A stretch of DNA of 64,000 nt. Origin: Octopus sinensis. Its lineage: Eukaryota. Both the position numbers and the translations under genes were made by a program. This document shows positions 15,733-27,429 of this stretch, piece by piece. Position 1 is the first letter of the stretch, and every line of letters begins with the position of its first letter. The stretch covers positions 129,022,001-129,086,000 of the forward strand of contig NC_043000.1 of assembly GCF_006345805.1 (NCBI RefSeq), written 5' to 3'. A model generated the notes under the pieces. It saw only the letters and a list, made by a program, of their open reading frames with translations, was not told the DNA's origin and searched no databases.

Positions 15733-18316
15733 GTAGATTTATTTAGTCATGTTGTTACTATTAGTGTTGTTGTGTAATTATTCTCAGCCCTAAGTAGATT
15801 TACTAAGTATAATTGTTTAATTCCATAACGGTTCTCCAGCGGTGACCATCGTGTTTGTTTCTTCTTTTCTGTGTATATCAGAAATCACATGGACCTACGT
15901 GTGTTTTACTTAATTTAATAGTGTGTGTGTCGATATAGTGATTGTTGTTTGACTGCTATTTCTAGCAGGTCGAGTGATGGCTCACGAAGGCTCGTTACCA
16001 CTTAATTGTAGTTGATCAACATTAACAAACGTTTCACTGGTTTTTAGTACTAAGTTCAAAAATATCCCTAAAGATTTACTTGTCGGCGGGGTATTTCAAT
16101 CATTGAAAGATGTTAACCCTTTTGATACCAATTCACTGGAGACTGCTCCTAGTTTCATGTTTCAAACTTCCTGTTTTAAAGTGTTCTAAAATAAAATCTT
16201 CCAACAAAATATTAATTTATGCTCCAGACATCTGCTTAATAATGAGTTATTTTTACAAAATCTTTTATATTATAAAAGAGAAACTGATCTTCATCTGTCT
16301 GTCCGTAACATCTGTGTAGAGAAAAGGTGAGAGAGTGTGTGTGTGTGAAATGTAGATAAACAAGTATTTTCACCTTAATAACAAGTTTTGATTAAAAACG
16401 CGGGAATTTTAAGTGCAAATCTGTCAAGACAGTGCAACTCAGACTTCAAAAAAGAAAAAGGGACCATAAGTATATATACAATACATATAGTTATCTTTTT
16501 TTGTTTTGTGTGCGTGTGTTTCAAAATAAAGACGACACAAATTTAAAAAAAAGACTTTAACTTCGAGCAATTTATGAAAACATGCATTATTGACAAATAT
16601 TTTTTTATCTGCAGAGTTTCTCATTATTTTCTGTATTCAAAGGTATATATTTAAACAGAAATTAGATTCAATCAATTTCTCACCACAAATATTATCGTTG
16701 ACCCACTCATCTGTAGTGCAGTAGTAATTGCAAGATATTAATGAAGTACATGGATTAAACCGACCGCAGAACCACTGAGGGAGCCTCTCAGTAGGTCGTC
16801 ATTCAACTTGCTAGAAATAGCAGCTAGATTTCCCTCAAAGCATAGCCTTTTATCCCACAAAAATGATGTCTAAGATTACATTGGATAATGAAGTGCTAGA
16901 TCACGTTATCTGAAAAGAAAAGAAGACGGGATTGTCATGACTGGAATGCTTTGGTTTATTTAGCTTTACTTCGGTCGATTGAGAAAAATAACAACAATCC
17001 TTTGAGAAAACAATCCTGAGAAAACAAAATGACAGAAAGGATATTGTAGTGAACAGGTGATTCATAGGTTATCAGTTCAAATTCAGTGCTAGCGTTTCAT
17101 GTTGTTTCTGGGTCAAAACTTTATTCTGCATTAATTCGGTTCACTTATTATGTGGGAACGGGACCCTATATTTATTGGAAAGTAACTCACTGGACATGAT
17201 CACTCTACTAATTGATACCTCTGACCTCGAAAGGTCAGCCAATAGATCTGGACAATACCGGAAAAGACTGTTTGCTGAGGAGGCCTCTTGTCAAATAACG
17301 CTGAAACATAGCCAGAACAGCTCACCTTGCTTGCCAAAGATCATATTAAGTTAGTCTTAGTTTACCTCACTGCATACATAATTCTAAAACTTTGGAGTTG
17401 CTGCCCTTCGTCCTTGACCAGAGTTCATTAGTCTATTTTCTTTTCGTCATTACAACAATAATTTTAATTAATTAAAAGTTTGTTTACTCGCAATGTTAAT
17501 TACATTAACACTCACTCACGGCATCAACTTAGCAAATAACTATTAAGCTCTTAGTGAATCGAGCCTATAATCCGTTTAATTCCGGCTCCAAACGAAAGAA
17601 CTGCCGCTGTCACTCAACCTGCTGGAAATAACAGCAAAATATCTCTCAAATCACACATCACCCTCTTAAATCAATAGAGCACACTGAATAATGTGTTCCT
17701 AGAAACGCATTAAAAAAACACTTGATTAGGATTTACCTGGAGTTAAACAGCAATAATTTTGTCAGTGTATTTGGAAAAGGTATGAATATGATATCGTCCT
17801 TACATGAACCTTCTGATGCCAATAGAGCTTATAACCTATTGGTTGTTACCTCTGATTAGCGAAAGAATCAAAATCTTTGTATTAATTCGAGTTAATTCGA
17901 TGTGAAGGCCACCAATAATCTCCATGTGACGTTTTCAACCTCTCAGGAAGTACACGCTCAGCTGTTATCTGTTACGAGTTCTTACACAGACACAAGGTTT
18001 CAGATCTGTACAAGAAGAAAGAATATGTGGTGTTCATGCATTTCTCAGGTAGCTACGGTACTAAATTTGTATAATTGTTACAAAATATTGCCTTTTGCTT
18101 TTAATCAATCAAAAGGAAGCCTAAATTCTGAGGTCAACGGATTTACCGGAGGTTGAGCTTGTTCAGTGATCTCATGATTTCTTCTTTCAAGAATGTTTTG
18201 AATACCGTCGTGCATGTATTAAAACCACAGCCATCACTCGCGAGCAGTGTCTGCCAGACTTTCACTGACAGTTAGATGCTAATGTAATTGCAAGAAAATG
18301 CAATGTAATTGCAAGA

Positions 18317-18480
18317 AGGCGCAGGAGTGGCTGTGGTAAGTAGCTTGCTAACCAACCACATGGTTCCGGGTTCAGTCCCACTGCGTGGCATCTTGGGCAA
18401 GTGTCTTCTGCTATAGCCCCAGGCCGACCAATGCCTTGTGAGTGGATTTGGTAGACGGAAACTGAAAGAAGCCTGTCGTA

Positions 18481-18512
<32 letters not shown>

Positions 18513-18726
18513 AGTGTGTGTATATGTTTGTGTGTCTGTGTTTGTCCCCCCAACATCGCTTGACAACCGATGCTGGTGTGTTTACGTCCCCGTCACTTAG
18601 CGGTTCGACAAAAGAGACCGATAGAATAAGTACTGGGCTTACAAAGAATAAGTCCCGGGGTCGATTTGCTCGACTAAAGGCGGTGCTCCAGCATGGCCGC
18701 AGTCAAATGACTGAAACAAGTAAAAA
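18317..18726 (+). mobile_element. Composite CORE-like SINE copy
   Basis: Full-length copy, forward orientation. Confidence 0.85.
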
Positions 18727-20034
18727 AGAAAAAAGAGTATATTCGCTCGGTCCTGCCACTCTTGACCCAGCAAAATATCTTGGACAGTTGGAGGCGAACG
18801 GGTTGTATCACCACCCGGTCGAAGCAAAATAAAATGTCTCGCCGGATCAAGAACTTACGATTATGAGTGCAACATCTTAACCACAAGGCCTTTAATTATC
18901 GGTGCAGAAGAGAAAAGGAAAAAGAAGTTAAAAAAGAAAGAGATGAGACAGATTAAATATTTAGAAAAGACTGACTCGGGAATAGCGTGGGTGAAAGAAA
19001 AGGAGAGCAAAATGCGATTGAAGAAACATTGTACAGGAGAAAATATGTGATGGAAAATGATTAATTTTAACCGATAGAGAATCCTCTCTCGGGTATTTTT
19101 CATTAAGGATATATTTCGGAGATGTACTTGTCAGCCAAGTGATATACTTGATATCCAAGTTTCATAAAAAGAACGTTTTTAATGTTTCCTTAGTTGGACA
19201 CTATTAAGTAAACAGCGGCAATAGTTCCTGATTATTTAAATTTATACCAGATTTTGAAACTATGACAAATGTGATAAGTAGAAGACTATAATTAAAAAAT
19301 TATTTTTCATGTCAAAGAAAGGACCTTAAGACTCAAATAGAAAAGCAATAGCGAAGGGAGATAACTCAGTTGCTGAAGTTACTTGATTTTTAGATCCCTT
19401 ATGGGAAATTGTATGATAATAACAAAGAAGGATAACTCTTTCTCGATAAAGAAATCAAAAATTTCACGAAGAAATTTTCAATGATGAAATTTCAACGTTT
19501 TATTACGACAGTATAAGCGGTTAAGAAATCAATTGAAAAGATAATCAAGAATATCACCAAAGCTATTTAGAGTTTATTACATAATCACAATATTTTATCT
19601 TAAGAAAGACAATTATAATTAAGAATATTGCTTATTTCATTAACTACTTTTAACTTTTCGGTGTTTATATACAATTGCTAATGTTTTGCTTAAAATAGTA
19701 TGCCGTTTAGATATATGAATGGCTTCGAAAATCAAATTTATTGTCCTCGTAAATCGAAGAAAAGTAAAAGGAGGAAATGTTGAAAAAAAGTTGCCTCCCC
19801 TGTTTTTTTGTTTTTTTTTTATAAGTTCGTACGTGCAAATTTTTTTTCAAAATTGCGTAATTAGATTGCTTGTGTTTCACATTTGGTGGGGAAAAAGCAA
19901 TTTTACAATTTTCTGTTCAATAGAATATTGCTTTATTAATTCATTGGAAAGACACATACAGTTTTGTTGTTTTTTTAGCTCTTGGTCAACCTTCGCCGAG
20001 CAGACCTATGATCAAAGACTCTGAATTCATGAAC

Positions 20035-20125
20035 ATCTCGCTCTTATTTTTCTCTTTCATGAATAGAGTGGCCACTTTTATCTCGCTCTTATTTTTTCTC
20101 TTTCATGAATAGAGTGGCCCCTTTT
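20035..20125. repeat. 45-bp tandem duplication
   Basis: atctcgctcttatttttctctttcatgaatagagtggcc occurs twice. Confidence 0.9.
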
Positions 20126-20295
20126 ATGATGGCACGATGAGGATTGATGGGTATTTGGATGCAAGTCGAGCGATCGTTTAGATGCTCCCTTCTTCACCCA
20201 ACGTGAAGTGTTCAGGCTAAATTTGACCATTTTCTGCTCCTTTTCTTAGGAACAGCTAGAGGTATTGGTGAACAGTTAACGGCGGTGAACATAAA

Positions 20296-20519
20296 GGCGG
20301 CGAGCTGGCAGAAACGTTAGAACGCCGGGCGAAATGCTTAGCGGTATTTCGCCTGTCGTTACGTTGGGAGTTCAAATTCCGCCGAGGTCGACTTTGCCTT
20401 TCATCCTTTCGGGGTCGATAAATTAAGTACCAGTTACGCACTGGGGTCGATGTAATCGACTTAATACCTATGTCTGTCCCCTCTGTGTTTAGCCCCTTGT
20501 GGGTAATAAAGAAATAGGT
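20296..20519 (+). mobile_element. tRNA-derived SINE, third family (ggcggcgagctggcagaa...), nested in the maT element
   Basis: Related copies at about 1095-1480, 13640-13850, 26365-26570, 38455-38620, 56170-56400, 58578-58812. Confidence 0.85.
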
Positions 20520-21243
20520 GTTGGAGAGCATAAAGATTAAAGTAGTAGTTGAGAAAACGCTAGCTGAGATGGAAGACTGGAAGCCATCTGAATACTGGAA
20601 AAGAGTTACCCGTTTCATGATGATTCGCGCCGGGTAACAAAATGCCGGCTTCATGACTGCTGTTCAATACTCTGTGAACACTTTAAAGACTGTAAGGTAT
20701 AACATGGACGGCAACTGCCATGAAAACTACGATGTCGTGCTACCAAGAAGGGATTCAGCAGACATTCTGACTGAGTCTGCACGCCGCAATTTATTCCCAT
20801 ATCTTTGAACAGGGCCTTACCTTCAATTCAGAGGGCTATATGAAGCTGCTGGAGATTGTGGTCGATCCCTGACTGGAGAGGGTTGCTACTGAAAAGCCAT
20901 ATGTGTAGCAGCAGGATTCATTTTCTTGCCATACTTCCAGAAAGAATCCAAAGTGGTTGTTGGAAAATTTCTACGACTTCACCAGCCCCAGTTTCTGGTC
21001 CCTTAATTCTCTCAATTGTAATTCCATGGATTACTCTGTGTGGGATGCGGTTGAGAAAGACACCAACCGCTCTGCCTGCAACACCGAGACCGAACTGGTG
21101 GCCAAGATCAAAGAGATGTTCGAAAATATTTCCAGGGACAAAGTGAAGAACACATGCACCAGGTTCCAGAGCTGTCTTGAATCCGTGGTGGAAGCTGAGG
21201 GTGGCTACTATGAACAAACTTATCTTACAGCCATAATCTAGTT

Positions 21244-21535
21244 CAATGCTTCTCAAACTATCTGATGTGGCGTACCGGAAGCTTTTTTGTTTTTCAATGT
21301 GCCTGGGACCGGTAATATTTCTTAGTAATATTAATTTATATCGGAAACTATGTATAATGAATATAATAAAAGTTGACAATTTTTTTTTATCTTATATTTA
21401 TTTTATAAACAAATAATACAATATTACATAAGCATTTTATAATGTTTCTTTCTTTTTTGGAAACTCGCCGCGTACCGGCAGCTGATGGCTCACGGACCGG
21501 CACGGGTCCGCGGGCCATGACTTTGAGTAGCACTG
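21244..21535. mobile_element. hAT (Charlie-like) MITE
   Basis: TIRs caatgcttctcaaact and ctttgagtagcactg; perfect 8-bp TSD ATCTAGTT at 21236-21243 and 21536-21543. Confidence 0.85.
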
Positions 21536-21700
21536 ATCTAGTTGATAGTTTTTTTTTTTTTTAAATACTTTTATTTTTGTAAGGAATATTGTTTTCTTTT
21601 TATGTATACTGTCAAATTTAGCACGAACACTATATATATATATATTACACATACATACAGTGTGTGCATGACCGTATGATTAAGAAGTTCACCTCATCAT

Positions 21701-21827
21701 AGGCGCAGGAGTGGCTGTGTGGTAAGTAGCTTGCTTACCAACCACATGGTCCCGGGTTCAGTTCCACTGTGGCACCTTGAGCAAGTGTCTTCTACTATAG
21801 CCTCGGAAACTGAAAGAAACCCGTCGA

Positions 21828-21873
<46 letters not shown>

Positions 21874-22028
21874 TTGTGTGTCTGTCTATCCCCCCAACAT
21901 CGCTTGAAAACCGATGCTGGTGTGTTTACGTCCCCGTAACTTAGCGTAAGTACTAGGCTTATAAAGAATAAGTCATGGGGCCGATTTGCTCCAGCATGGC
22001 CGCAGTCAAATGACTGAAACAAGTAAAA
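21701..22028 (+). mobile_element. Composite CORE-like SINE copy with internal deletions
   Basis: Head and tail present, middle segments missing. Confidence 0.8.
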
Positions 22029-22332
22029 GTTATCAATCGACTGGTTTCATTTGTGAATTCCCTTAAGCAAATGTTTGCTACCACAGCTTCGGGTGAACGC
22101 ACAACTTTGTAAATAAAATGATGGAAAGAGACTGAGAGAAGGTTCATCAGGCTCCTTTTTTATTCTTTCTTGGCAGATAGAGAAAATCTGTTGGTTTTAA
22201 CACCTTTCGGGCACCTTTATCAAAATCTATTCTGATGCAAGCATTCTGAGCAGATCTCTGTTTTGAGATGAATTTCCACAAACCAGTATTAAAGGCCATT
22301 GCAATAGACATAGGATTTGCTCTTTCTTTTAT

Positions 22333-23357
22333 GATAATAATAATAATAATTGTGTACAGTGCTCAGGTGCACTACAACTCATCTAAAGTGTATATATAAT
22401 CAGGTGTAGTTTCGGCGGATTTCGGAAAGCATGAGGGCCTTAAAGGATGCAGTGTCATGGCAGTCAACAACTGACGCAGGCAGTTTATTCCATGCTTCAG
22501 CAACTCTGAGCGTGAAAAAATGTTTCCGAAAGTCATGGGAGCTGTGTTGTTTTCTGACTTTGTAGGCATGTCCACGTGTGTTAGACACATGGAGATCAAA
22601 AAGGTGTTCAGTGTTGTTGTTGGTGAGGTGGTTGATAACCTTGTGGGTGTTTACCAAGTCCGTCGCCAGGCGCCGGAGCTTCAGTGAATCCATGCCCAGG
22701 GAAACAAGGCGCTCAGAATATGGTAGGTGTCTGATGGAGGGTATGCGTTTGGTTGCACGTCTCTGGACAGATTCCAGGAGGTCAATGTTCTGAGCAAGAT
22801 AGGGATTCCAAACTGATGATGCGAATTCCAAGTGTGGTCGTACCATAGCTGTATACAGTTTTAAATAGATGGCTGGAGAGCGGCTAACAAAAGTCTTGCT
22901 GAGTGATGCCAAGACACCCCCGGCCTTCTTGACAATTTTAGAGATATGCTTTGTCCAATGCAAATCACTGCTGACAGTGATGCCTAGGTCACGCTCGCAA
23001 GAGGATTTCTTGATATCAGTGTTGTGGAGGGAGTATGTGGACGCAGGGTTTTTTCTCCCAAAATGCATGGTGGTACACTTGTCCACAGCCAGTTTCAGTT
23101 GCCAGTCTGTGATCCATTGCTGCATTGTGTCTAGGTCTGATTGCAGGAAAGAGTTGTAGACATCAGGATCAGTCCTCTTGATTTCAAGGTACAGCTTGAT
23201 GTCATCTGCATATTTCAATACTGTGGCATTCTTTAAATTGGCATCTATGTCATTAATGTATGCCACAAACAGGAGGGGACCAAGGATAGATCCCTGTGGT
23301 ACACCCGATGACATCTCATATGGTGTAGAGTGCTGTCCTAGAACTGTGACTACCTCC
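22333..23357 (-). mobile_element. Young 5'-truncated CR1-like LINE (C-terminal half of RT, uninterrupted ORF)
   Basis: ORF 22400..23314, 304 aa, with SGVPQGSILGPLLF, YADD and RPHLEFASSVWNPY; (ATT)n tail at about 22333-22350. Confidence 0.92.
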
Positions 23358-24172
23358 TTTATAAAGCTATAAAGAGTACGAATTGGTTAGAATTCTACGA
23401 ATTTTATAATGAAAGAAAGTAACAATATCGGCTTCATTTATCTCTGGTATTTTCTTGATAACACTTGTGTAAATTCGTATCAGTCTTAAAGTTGTAAAAT
23501 ATCCTCTCATGAAAGCTTCACTGAATGACGTGAGGAGTCATTTTCAAACGAAAAAAAGCTTATAATTCGTAGAAATATTTTTTGTTTTCCGCTGATATTA
23601 GCTAACAATCTTACGGGACTCCAAGACAAATAGATAAATGAAATCTTCATTTAATGGCCAGCATATGAATTGTTCATGTTCAGTTGCAACAGTACAAACA
23701 GTTCTGCTAAGTCCATGTTAGCCTTTATAACAAAACAGTTCATATCAATACATATTTTAGTGATTTAAATCTCACATGACACACAAATTGTTTAAAGTTT
23801 CATCCTAAAGGGCTGCTGATTCATGCCAAGGTATTGCATAGAATTCTCTAATCTAATAATTATCAGATTCTCCCTTTGTCTTTACATATTTTTGCTTCTT
23901 TTAATTTACATTGTCATCACTGCTTGTAGATGAATTCCTTAAACCAGGAGTTTCTTAAACTCTATAAGTATCTTAAAAGGATAGGTAGTGAAAGATAATT
24001 TTGAAGCTAGGAAACTGGAATTTTAGAACAATTACTTTTTCAGAAATGTTTAACTGAAGGTGGCTTTGTTATGACGTAATAGATAACAATTTAACTAACC
24101 ATACCGATGGAAATTACATGATCCATTTGTAGCACAGTGTCAGCCATAAACATCTCACTCAGTTATATCCTG

Positions 24173-25992
24173 TCATTTGCTACAGAATACTTTAATTTCT
24201 AGAAAAAAAAATCTTGTCAATTCTCTAATTCTGACTTGTGCAAAATATTCTTTCCTACCATCATGGTTCATATTTTCTCTTCTTTCTTGATTGTTTCTCA
24301 TTTTTCGTTTTTGGATTGCAAGATTCTTTATATAAGTTCGTGTATTGAAGCATATTCTGTTGTGTCTGGGGAGAGTCATTTTCTTTTTGTGCCTTATAAT
24401 GTAACACATGCACCAGTAAAATTTCCACTTTCTCTTTTTTACTTGTTTCAGTCATTTGACTGCGGCCATGCTGGAGCACCGCCTTTAGTCGAGCAAATCG
24501 ACCCCGGAACTTATTCTTTGTAAGCTCAGTACTTATTCTATCGGTTTCTATTGCCGAACCGCTAAGTGACGGGGACGTAAACACACCAGCATCGGTTGTC
24601 AAGCAATGCTAGGGGGACAAACACAGACACTCAAACACATACACACACACACATATATATATATACGACAGGCTTCTTTCAGTTTCCGTCTACCAAATCC
24701 ACTCACAAGGCATTGGTCGGCCCGGGGCTATAGCAGAAGACACTTGCCCGAGATGCCACGCAGTGGGACTGAACCCAGAACCATGTGGTTGGTTAGCAAG
24801 CTACTTACCACACAGCCACTCCTGCGCCTTTTTATTTTCGTAAAATTTTCGTTGCGTCTTGCAACCTTTTCAATAGTCTTGACTATTTCTCATTTTCTTT
24901 CCTAATTAACTTCAGCTTCTTTGTACTATACCTTCTGGATATAATTCTTGCATTAATTTCATTCCTTTCTTCCTGAGTTAAAAAATCCTTGTCAAACTTG
25001 ATTCTCCTCTCTAAATTGCCAATTCTAATTTCTTTTCTTTGCCCTTTCCCTCTAACCCACTTACTTCTCCCAGTTCAATTCTTGCTGTCGTGCTCTGTGA
25101 TCACGGTCCACACCAAACTCCGTTTTGCTAATAAAATAATTTAAGCACTAGGTATTATTTCGTTAGTAACACTCGTATCCAGGACATACCATTAAACATA
25201 ATTTACAAAAAAAAAAAAAAAAAAATTAGGAATATGGTTATTAATATACATTTAGAAAACTATGTATCCATGTGTATACATATATTCCTCACTCTCACAT
25301 GCACACACAGATTGTCATCTGTGTATGACTGTACACCACAATAGCATTCGTTTGAATTTCTCACATTTTTACAATCCCTTTCCACAATAGGACACATTTT
25401 ACACAAGAATCTATTTTGTTAGCACTTGAATATAATAGATAAACAATTAACCTTTCTCATCATACATAATTTGCCTAATTTCCTAATTGATAAACTCAAT
25501 ATACACCTGACAAACTAATTTCATCATTTAAATATGAAACTCGTGTCTAATACCATCTTCTGGTCCTTAAATACCTTTAACAGAGTTCACATTGTTGTAA
25601 GCATTCAGACCATGCTCTCTAGTTCCTTATCTGTGTTTCTCAATTACATTGACTTCAGTTTTCAAAGACCTGTAAAGAATCGTGAACACTGATCTTTCTT
25701 TAACTTTAAAAACCATAAACATGTCTAGACGTTCATTTTCACCTCTTCACAAACTGTCTCTCACTTACTAGCTCATTTTAATACATTGGTGATGGTGATA
25801 TTGTTTTAACAAACAAAATTCAGCTACAATATAATAGTTTTCTGTGCTCCATCTACAAACACATCTCGTTAATACTCTCCTGTTATCAACTCTCTCTATT
25901 TTCTACTTTGGTTCTCTTGTGAATCTCTGCCCCCACCTAATTTTTCACTTATCTTCATTCTTTCTATTAAGTACTGAGTACTTTCTTTTCAT
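24173..25992 (-). other. Cluster of exon-like segments; possible orphan gene or lncRNA
   Basis: Units 25992-25949, 25852-25769, 25669-25575, 25127-25065, 24972-24932 with canonical splice sites; three of the four gaps are 92-99 bp. Confidence 0.3.
24433..24828 (-). mobile_element. Composite CORE-like SINE copy
   Basis: Full-length, CpGs retained. Confidence 0.85.
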
Positions 25993-27040
25993 ATGTTAAT
26001 ACATATAGCTGTAGGTGCAGTATAGCCAAATGGTTAAGAAGTTCTCTTTGCAACCATGAGGTATCAGGTTTGAACCAACTGCATGGCATTTTGGACAAAT
26101 GTCATATTCTATAGACTCTGGGTGGTTCATACCTTGTGAGAAATATTGGTTTGATCTAAACTATACAAACAAGCCATGTAATTCAAAAAGTACAGCCTTG
26201 TCACACATACTGGCTTTTATGCTGATTCTTAAGATTTAAGTTAAGGATACATGTGTCAGATTATTCAGTTAATTGTACAACTGAATCATTGTTGAATCCA
26301 CAATACCACATATGTTATACAGAAGAGGTAAATCTCTGTGGTGGTATGTATGAGGGTGAAGGGCAGAAACGTTAGCACGCCGGGCGAAATGTTTAGCGAT
26401 ATTTCGTCTGTCGCTACGTTCTGAGTTCAAATTCTGCCGAGGTCGACGTTGCCTTTCATCCTTTTGGGGTCAATTAAATAAGTACCAGTTACGCACTGGG
26501 GTCGATATAATCGACTTAATCCATTTGTCCTCTCTGTGTTTAGCCCCTCGTGGGTAGTAAAGAAATAGATATGTATGAGGGTGTATATTGTCAGAAGAAT
26601 TCTATAAACATTCAAGAGAAAGAGAATTAATTCCTTTTTAGAATATCTTGAAATATATAAAATTATAAATAACAGGTAAATATTGTGTTGAAAAGAAAAA
26701 AAAACCCTTCTGAAAAAAAAAACAAGTTGAAGGCTGCACCTGTTTTTTTTTTCTATCCAGAAGTGATTTTTCTTCAACCCAATATTTACTGGTTATTTAC
26801 TGTTTTATGCATGTGCTTTGAGACATTCCAAAAAAGAAATATATATATATATCTCAGTGCAAGTTATGTTAAATTTAATTTTGACCTGAATAGTTTTGTC
26901 AACATATTTTAAAAAATCTGATTCAAGCGCAAGAAGGCTAACAGTTTGGTATTTTTTATACAATTAATGTTTTATTATTGAGAATCATGTAAGGGTGTTG
27001 ATATGTATTCTATCTTAATGTGTATACTTTATACAAACAT

Positions 27041-27429
27041 TGGATCTTTTCGGTTTGAACGGCAGTTTTTTAAAATAATTTCCACATAACTAAACACTTC
27101 TAAACTTCGTGTACTGGTAGAATGTGTTTATAAAACATCTTTTTCTCCTGGCTTTAAGAAAATTCTATAGTTTAATTTCTGCAATTTCAACCAATCAATG
27201 ATGTCTATTGGAGGTAAAAACATTCTGTGCCATATGAATATGTCCCTCATTTAAGAAATAGATTGGGTTTATTTACATTTCTGAAGAAAAAAAAGATACC
27301 CTTCCCCCTAACCAACCCTAACCCTAAAACAGATTGAAATGCAATAGATCGATACTAGGGTCATAATTATGGGTGACAGTTTCATATGACACCGCTAGAA
27401 AAGACTGCCGTTCAAACCGAAAAGATCCG
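27041..27429. mobile_element. MITE with about 25-bp TIRs and 6-bp TSD
   Basis: ggatcttttcggtttgaacggcagt and actgccgttcaaaccgaaaagatcc; AAACAT on both flanks. Confidence 0.8.

Larger units (their letters stand above)
20206..21632 (+). mobile_element. Internally deleted maT-type (DD37D) Tc1/mariner transposon carrying two nested insertions
   Basis: TIR-like ends gtgttcaggctaaatttgac and gtcaaatttagcacgaacac; QQD followed by 37 residues then D of MDYSVW; C-terminus EAEGGYYE. Confidence 0.8.

Noticed and set aside
18960-19680. Possible decayed hAT-like transposase
   Set aside because: Too many stops and no diagnostic motif to support a call.
27300-27330. Telomere-like CCCTAA repeats
   Set aside because: Only a few imperfect units, internal to a MITE; not a telomere or interstitial array.
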